The notes beneath the pieces are model-generated. The model did not search any database. It had not been told where the DNA came from and saw only the letters and a list, made by a program, of their open reading frames with translations. DNA of 61,750 nt, counting the filler, from Chthonomonadaceae bacterium (GTDB lineage Bacteria > Armatimonadota > Chthonomonadetes > Chthonomonadales > Chthonomonadaceae): NCBI GenBank assembly GCA_035650735.1. It is 3 parts of 3 records of this genome, joined end to end, with 100 filler letters (N's around TTAATTAATTAA, not from the genome) between each part and the next. Parts side by side here need not be neighbours in the genome. Positions count along the whole stretch, not along the records: positions 50,499 to 61,750 come from DASRGZ010000075.1; 2 more parts are not named here. One strand, written 5' to 3'. A program made the translations under genes and the position numbers. Positions 55,897 through 61,750 of the stretch are shown here, in pieces (positions within the stretch are counted from its first letter, which is position 1; the number at the start of each line of letters is the position of its first letter).

Positions 55897-56148
55897 ACCT
55901 ATTACTCCTGTCCTGTTGGCAGGCCTGAGGGCCTCCTAAGGAAATCCTCTACCGCTGAGTTTGTTCTCAGGCGTCGTGGCAGCGGCAACCCACTGCGCCT
56001 CATTTGGATAGGTTTATGAAGTAAGCAAGGGCGCTTACTATCTTTAAGTAGCACAGAGCAACGGGACCAAAATGTGACGAGGCAGGAACTCTGAAACCCA
56101 GCGGGAATATTTTTTATGTTTTGCTCGCGAGAGGTAAGATGTGGCGTC

Positions 56149-59043
56149 ATGAACCAGGATTATCCGCTGAAAATGCTCTTATTTGGCGACTTTGATGTGA
56201 AGGTAGACGGCCAACCTCTTCCTTCCCTGCCCGGACAGACTAGCAAAAGTCTATTTGCGTACCTGGCCGTTCACCATGGCAGGGCTGTAAATAAACTTAC
56301 TGTGATGACAGACATATGGGGGCCTGGCGAGCATTCAGAGGCACTAAGACAGGCTCTCACTCGTCTTTGCCGTGCGCTCGGCGATCTTTCCAGGAATATC
56401 GTGTCTACGCGAGGTCAACTTCAGTTAGTGCTGCGGGACGGGGTAGATGATGTTGACGTGGTTCGGTTTAATAAGGCTACAGCCGCGGCCTCGCAGGGGA
56501 ATATTGACGCGTTACGCGAGGCGATTGCACTGTACGGGCGGGGACCGCTGCTGGCCGGTTGGGGAGAGTCCAATTTAAGAGATAGCAACGAGGTGATAGA
56601 TAGGTGGGTGCATGGGGCACGAAAGGAGTATCAGAGGCGATACATAGACACATTGGAACGTTTTTACGCCCAGGCAATTCAGGGAGATCGCTATAGAGAC
56701 GCTTTGCTGTGCCTACATGGTTTAGTGCCGACAGGGGTGATAAAGATAGAGGCTTGGAAGGCATTCGTGCAGAGGCTTATCGCGGATAGGGAATATGAGG
56801 AAGCCTATGACCGCTGCATGGAACTGAATAAAATCGTTACGCTGTCAGCGCTCGAAACCAGGCAGATATTGCAGGGCATTCCCGATGAGCGGCTAGAACG
56901 GCTAGAGGCCAGGCACAACCTGCGGTACCCCCCGCATGACTCTGAACCGATAGACATTCTACGACAGCGTATCAAATTAATAGGGCGCGACGAGGATGCC
57001 CATGCTATTGCAGAAATGCTGAAAGAAGAATACCGTAGATTCATCGTTCTAACCGGGCCGGGCGGGATCGGGAAAACAAGTCTGGCTACGGAGGTCGGCC
57101 ACCTAGTTCGGCTCGGCATTGCGGAGAAAGTCTGGTTTGCCGACGGCATCAAGGCTATAGACCTGGCTCCCGTGACCGACCCTGCTGCCGTAGCTACACA
57201 GATATGTTCTGTTCTAAGAATCCGGGAAAATTCTGATCAACCGGATAAACAAGACGCGCTTGCTCGCTGGATTGGGGCGCAAGAAATCCTGCTGATCCTG
57301 GACAATTGCGAGCACCTGTCCGATGGGTGTAGCGAGTTAGCGAATCACCTTCTGGATAACTGCCCGCGCTTGCGTATTCTAGCCACTTCTCGGCGCGCAT
57401 TTAACACAGGCGAGACTTGGGCGGTGTCTCCCCTCGATCTTCCTCCGCCCTCGACGCCTGATACGCCTGAAGCCCTTCGCCGCTATTTCGCAGTACAGAT
57501 GTTTCTGGAATGCGCCAGGCCGCGCACGTTTGCACTAACGTCGGCGAACGCTCGATATGTAGCCGAGCTCTGCCGCCGACTGGATGGCGTGCCGCTGATG
57601 CTCAAACTGGCGGCGTCACGGATGGATAGATTGTCTCCAGAGGGTATGTTAGAACATTTCAGAGCACTACTCGATTTTCGTACCCCAGGTGTTGAAGATA
57701 AACGTTATCCGGAGCGGACGCCGCGAGCGATCATAAACTGGTCGTATGGTCTGCTTAATGATCAAGAGCAGGAACTGCTATCTCGGCTGTCAGCGTTTGC
57801 TGGTGGCTGGACATTGAAAGCGGCAGAACAGGTTTGCCTCGGAGGAGATATAGAGGAATCGCATGTGCTGCACCTGCTGATAGAATTGGTGAACGTTGGC
57901 CTGGTAGAGTATGATGAGGGACAGTCTCGCTACCGCCTGTTGGAACTCATACGAGAGTATGCCGGGGAGAAGCTAGCCGAAAACGGTGAGGAAGAACGCC
58001 TTGTTCGAGAGAAGCATCGCGACTATTTCATGGTTCTGGCAGAAACTATCAATCGGAAACTGGGCGGGAGGGAGCAGGCTCGATGTCTGGATGAGATGGA
58101 GACGGAGTATGCTAATCTAAAGCAGGCACTAGCCCTATGCCGGAATGACCCGGAGGGGGCCGAAAAGGGATTGCGACTGGGAGCGGCTTTGCAGGAGTTC
58201 TGGTGGGTGCGGGGACGCTACAAAGAAGGGAGTGAATACTATGCTGCCCTTCTGTCCCACCCCCAGGCGCAGCAACGCACAAAGCCGCGCGCGGATGTAC
58301 TTAATGGAGCGGGGGCATTAGCCCGGATGCAAGGAGACTATCACGCCGCTCGTAATTACCATACGGAGAGCCGGGATATATTTCGGGAGTTGGGTGACCA
58401 ACGGAACATCGCCTATGCCCTCAGCAACCTGGCAATTGTAGTCTGTGAGCTGAATGAGGTAGACCACGCTCGTTCTCTCTTTGAGGAAAGCCTGGAGATA
58501 CATCGGCAGTTGCCAAATAATGATGAGGGCATTGCCTACTGCCTGGGTAACTTCGGAAGAATGGCTTATTACCAGAACGATTACACTGCCGCGCGTTCTC
58601 TCTTTGAGGAAAGCCTGGGGATGCTGAGGGCATTGGAGCACGAATTAGGAATCGCTAACTGTCTTGAGCACCTGGGAATTATATCTCGCCACCAGGGAGA
58701 TTATGCCTCCGCCTGTTCTTTCTTGCGGGATAGCCTGATACTCAATCAAAAGTTGAATAACCACCCAGCGATTCTTTCTTGCTTAGAATCGTTTGCCGAC
58801 CTAGCCTGCGACGAAGGCGAATGGGCGCGGGCGGTACACCTGTACGGAGCGGCAGAAAAACATCGCCAGAACATGGATTTGCCCCCGACAAGATCATCGA
58901 ATGAGAAGGTCGAATACGACCGCCACCAGATGGAAGCTCATCAGGTTTTAGGCGAAGAAGCTTTTTGTGCATCTTGGGAGGAAGGGCGTGGCCTGCCCCT
59001 GGAACGGGCGGTTAAGTACGCTCTCAGCGGCCCCGATTCCTAA
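56149..59043 (+). CDS. AfsR/SARP-like regulator: wHTH-BTAD, NB-ARC/STAND ATPase and TPR
   Basis: LFGDFDVKVDG, ALYGRGPLL, LTGPGGIGKTSLA, LLILDNCEHL, ILATSR, LCRRLDGVPL, YRLLELIREYA, tandem TPRs (ARSLFEESL). Confidence 0.92.
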   Translation: MNQDYPLKMLLFGDFDVKVDGQPLPSLPGQTSKSLFAYLAVHHGRAVNKLTVMTDIWGPGEHSEALRQALTRLCRALGDLSRNIVSTRGQLQLVLRDGVDDVDVVRFNKATAAASQGNIDALREAIALYGRGPLLAGWGESNLRDSNEVIDRWVHGARKEYQRRYIDTLERFYAQAIQGDRYRDALLCLHGLVPTGVIKIEAWKAFVQRLIADREYEEAYDRCMELNKIVTLSALETRQILQGIPDERLERLEARHNLRYPPHDSEPIDILRQRIKLIGRDEDAHAIAEMLKEEYRRFIVLTGPGGIGKTSLATEVGHLVRLGIAEKVWFADGIKAIDLAPVTDPAAVATQICSVLRIRENSDQPDKQDALARWIGAQEILLILDNCEHLSDGCSELANHLLDNCPRLRILATSRRAFNTGETWAVSPLDLPPPSTPDTPEALRRYFAVQMFLECARPRTFALTSANARYVAELCRRLDGVPLMLKLAASRMDRLSPEGMLEHFRALLDFRTPGVEDKRYPERTPRAIINWSYGLLNDQEQELLSRLSAFAGGWTLKAAEQVCLGGDIEESHVLHLLIELVNVGLVEYDEGQSRYRLLELIREYAGEKLAENGEEERLVREKHRDYFMVLAETINRKLGGREQARCLDEMETEYANLKQALALCRNDPEGAEKGLRLGAALQEFWWVRGRYKEGSEYYAALLSHPQAQQRTKPRADVLNGAGALARMQGDYHAARNYHTESRDIFRELGDQRNIAYALSNLAIVVCELNEVDHARSLFEESLEIHRQLPNNDEGIAYCLGNFGRMAYYQNDYTAARSLFEESLGMLRALEHELGIANCLEHLGIISRHQGDYASACSFLRDSLILNQKLNNHPAILSCLESFADLACDEGEWARAVHLYGAAEKHRQNMDLPPTRSSNEKVEYDRHQMEAHQVLGEEAFCASWEEGRGLPLERAVKYALSGPDS

Positions 59044-59491
59044 GCTAGACTTTATTCGGCCAGGCGGCATAGCAGAGCGTATCCGCGGGCAATCTCCAGA
59101 AGCGTTCCGGATGCGGTTGTGCCGACGTCGCCGCACTAACTCCCACTACGCGGTTCCTCCGCCAATCATGCGGACGATATCCTCGCCATGTGGCTGCCGC
59201 TTTCCATCGTCGCAAACGGTTCCATCGGAGTTCTTGCGCCGCAGATCGCCGGCAGCCCTATCAGCCTCTTTTTCCACTGCTTGCTCCACGGAAGGTTGAA
59301 TTGGCAACCACATTTGAGGTCAGCGCTGCCCTTCCCAGGAGAATTTCCAAAAAAATACATCTAGTCTAATATTAGAGCCGACGCGATGGCATGGAATATG
59401 CATTAGTCTTTTGCGAGCCTCCGTACTCAATGGCCCAACATGCCTTGCGCTTCCGCGACCGGCGGGCGCACTACAACGGAGCTTCGAGGCA

Positions 59492-59815
59492 ATGGCACAA
59501 CGCGCTAAGGCAGCGAAAAACGGCACTGCCAGGCAACCGTCGGCAGCGTCAGAACCTGGAACCGCCGGCTCTCAAGCTCGGCCCCAACGCGGCCTGCAGC
59601 TCCGACGCGCCGGGCAGCCCGTGCAGACGGACCTGTTCTTAGAGGCGCTCTGGCCGACCGTCTCGGCGTCTCCAGAGCAATGGCGCATCCGCGTGGCCCG
59701 GCAGGATGTTCTTCCGGCGTTCCCGATATCCACTGGCTTCTACGCGCCGAAGCGTCCTGGCCTGCCGGATACGCCCGATATGACTTTATCGGAGGCGCGC
59801 TTGCGTCCCCAATGA
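59492..59815 (+). CDS. Possible hypothetical protein
   Basis: Open frame MAQRAKAAK... with GGAG/GAGG upstream; no recognised motif. Confidence 0.3.
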   Translation: MAQRAKAAKNGTARQPSAASEPGTAGSQARPQRGLQLRRAGQPVQTDLFLEALWPTVSASPEQWRIRVARQDVLPAFPISTGFYAPKRPGLPDTPDMTLSEARLRPQ

Positions 59816-60199
59816 CGCAAATGACGCCCGTTCCTATCGCTAACAAGCGCCAAGATGCGCAGCACCAGATAACAGTAGCGCCCGACGAAACCATAGCAAG
59901 GAGGAAGGATGAAGAAAACAAGCGCTCTTTTCATCCTTCTGCCTTCCTCCTTCATCCTTGCTTAGTAGCAGGGCTACCCAGAAAGTTTCGTTCGTGCCTA
60001 TTTTTAGGCACCCGGAGGACGCGCCCGGAACGGCCGGCTCCCCTTTCTCGGGACTCGACCCTGACCGCTGCCTTGCCGCCCAGAGCGAAGGAAGAAGAAC
60101 GAGAATCAATCCTAACCCTGTAAGCTCATCGAATCACCGATGTATAATCACCTAAGGCGGAAGGCACCGACCAACCACGCAACGCGGAGACCGGAAACG

Positions 60200-61060
60200 A
60201 TGGAGACCGTGCGCGATACCGATGCGTCGTCGCTCAGGACAGCCCCCAACCGTGACGTGCCCATCCCCACCAACACCGACGGAAACGGACTCGGCCAGGC
60301 AGCAGACGGATCCCAGAACGGCGCCTCACGCCGCTATGCGGTCGTCGTTGAGGGCGCCCATACCGCCAACGGACATGCCGCCCATCGCCTGGCGTTCTCC
60401 GCCAATAGCCATCGCTTCGCCCTTAATTATCGCGATCCGCTCTTCCCCTGCAAGTCGGTGCCGTATGCCCACCTCAAGCGCGGCTTAGATATTGTCGCTG
60501 CCCTCCTGATCCTGTTCTTCTCGCTGCCCATTATGCTTGTCGTGGCCCTGCTCGTCAAGCTCACCTCACGCGGCCCCATCCTCTTCAAGCAGGTGCGCGT
60601 CGGCCGGGGCGGACGCTACTTCTGGTGCTACAAGTTCCGCTCCATGTGCGCCGATGCCGAGGCCCAGAAAGAACGGCTCGCCCATCTCAACGAAGCTAGC
60701 GGCCCCGTCTTTAAGATCAAAGACGATCCCCGTGTCACCCCTATCGGCAGGTTCCTGCGCAAATACAGCCTGGACGAACTGCCGCAACTGATTAACGTCC
60801 TGCGGGGGGATATGTCCCTCGTCGGTCCGCGCCCGCCCATTCCCTGCGAGGTGGAAGCCTATGGCCCGCGCGAGCGGGCTCGGCTTTCCGTGCAGCCGGG
60901 CCTGACCTGCCTCTGGCAAGTCAGTGGCCGCAGCAACATCTCGTTTGAGCACTGGATCGAACTGGACTTGCTCTATATTGACACGATGTCGTTTGCCAAC
61001 GATTTGAAAATCATCTTGCGGACGATCCCGGCCGTCTTGAGCGGCGCCGGCGCGCATTGA
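60200..61060 (+). CDS. Priming sugar transferase (WcaJ/ExoY-like phosphoglycosyltransferase)
   Basis: LKRGLDI, GPILFKQVRVG, YKFRSM, DDPRVTPIGRFLRKYSLDELPQL, GDMSLVGPRP, PGLTCLWQV. Confidence 0.95.
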   Translation: METVRDTDASSLRTAPNRDVPIPTNTDGNGLGQAADGSQNGASRRYAVVVEGAHTANGHAAHRLAFSANSHRFALNYRDPLFPCKSVPYAHLKRGLDIVAALLILFFSLPIMLVVALLVKLTSRGPILFKQVRVGRGGRYFWCYKFRSMCADAEAQKERLAHLNEASGPVFKIKDDPRVTPIGRFLRKYSLDELPQLINVLRGDMSLVGPRPPIPCEVEAYGPRERARLSVQPGLTCLWQVSGRSNISFEHWIELDLLYIDTMSFANDLKIILRTIPAVLSGAGAH

Positions 61061-61493
61061 TCTGCGGCTGGCGCCCGCCTAAATCGCCCCACCGGGCGTC
61101 CGTTTCAACCCTTTGCCTTTCTCGTCTGCCAGCTGTCTCCTCTCCAGGCCGCCTGGTCCACGGCGGCAACGTACGCTTCCCCGTTCTGGTACGATGGGAA
61201 TCCGGCTTGCAGCCAGGATAGCCGGTACAATCGCCGGTTCTCTTGTCAGGAGGAGAGGCGCCTGCGTCGGATGGGTGCATATTCCCTGCCGGGGCGCCAA
61301 AAATAGAAGCACACGCAACCGCTGGCTCCGAGACGTGCAAAGTGCGCCAGCGTCGAAATCAAAATTTTTTATCGGCCTCAGGAATGAAGGCAGGCGGCTT
61401 GCCGCCGGGGCTTTGTTCTGGCACCGGGCGGGTGGCCCTTGTCCTGCGTCGGGCCTCCGACGCCTGCCCGCCGATTACGCTGTGAACTAAGAG

Positions 61494-61750
61494 ATGTCTG
61501 ACACAACGACGACTGAGAGAGGGCATTATACACCGCCTGCCTTTGCCCCGGTGGAGGCGACGCCTGCCGGTGGGGAACAGGCCGCCCGCAAGATGCGAGC
61601 CTCCTGGCGCGTGGGCCTGTTTGTGTTCTTGTTAGGGTCTGTGATAGCTTACGTCTACGCCTTCCTGCTCTACCCCCGCCAGGGCCTCATCCAACCCGTC
61701 ATCGACCTCAACGGCTTCGGACAACTGGCCCGACACCTGGCCCACGGAGA
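61494..61750 (+). CDS. Membrane protein, possibly ArnT/PMT-like glycosyltransferase (runs off the window edge)
   Basis: MSDTTTT...VGLFVFLLGSVIAYVYAFLLY...DLNGFGQLARHLAHG; follows a sugar transferase gene. Confidence 0.5.
   Translation, partial: MSDTTTTERGHYTPPAFAPVEATPAGGEQAARKMRASWRVGLFVFLLGSVIAYVYAFLLYPRQGLIQPVIDLNGFGQLARHLAHG

Noticed and set aside
59150..59360. Small minus-strand ORFs downstream of the STAND regulator
   Set aside because: No RBS or recognisable motif; cannot be supported.

Overview
GC-rich bacterial draft-assembly window containing two artificial contig linkers (N-run/TTAATTAATTAA at 30831-30930 and 50399-50498), so adjacency across those gaps is unproven. The backbone is mostly housekeeping and metabolic: a Ser/Thr kinase, hsp20-lon, tRNA-Gln(CTG) and glnS, an AraC-controlled oxidoreductase cluster, hyi-like/folD/nusB, pfkA-pfkB, a sugar ABC transporter, a GHL10 hydrolase, a SurA-like PPIase, rsmI, a HAF-repeat protein, a BTAD/NB-ARC/TPR regulator and a priming glycosyltransferase. 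An accessory island at about 24.6-36.5 kb holds two Hint-domain polymorphic toxin/immunity-like pairs (Rhs-Hint-ParB-like tip with a pentapeptide-repeat protein; TM-atypical Hint-unknown tip with a DUF4926-like protein), a serine resolvase, and IS21/IS1/IS5/IS701-like remnants. The most unusual non-coding signal is a ~43-bp covarying hairpin element (GCNAGG-CRGAG-N4-loop-N4'-CGWC-CCTNGC-AGTC) that appears inserted at GTC sites, into REP-like repeats and into itself in nested stacks at three loci. Also notable are a 38-bp duplication flanking a 37-bp CRISPR-repeat-like insert, an AACAGGAT palindromic repeat lying in-frame in a lipoprotein signal peptide, and a NusB with a ~200-aa insertion. All family calls come from motif recognition by eye; no searches were run.
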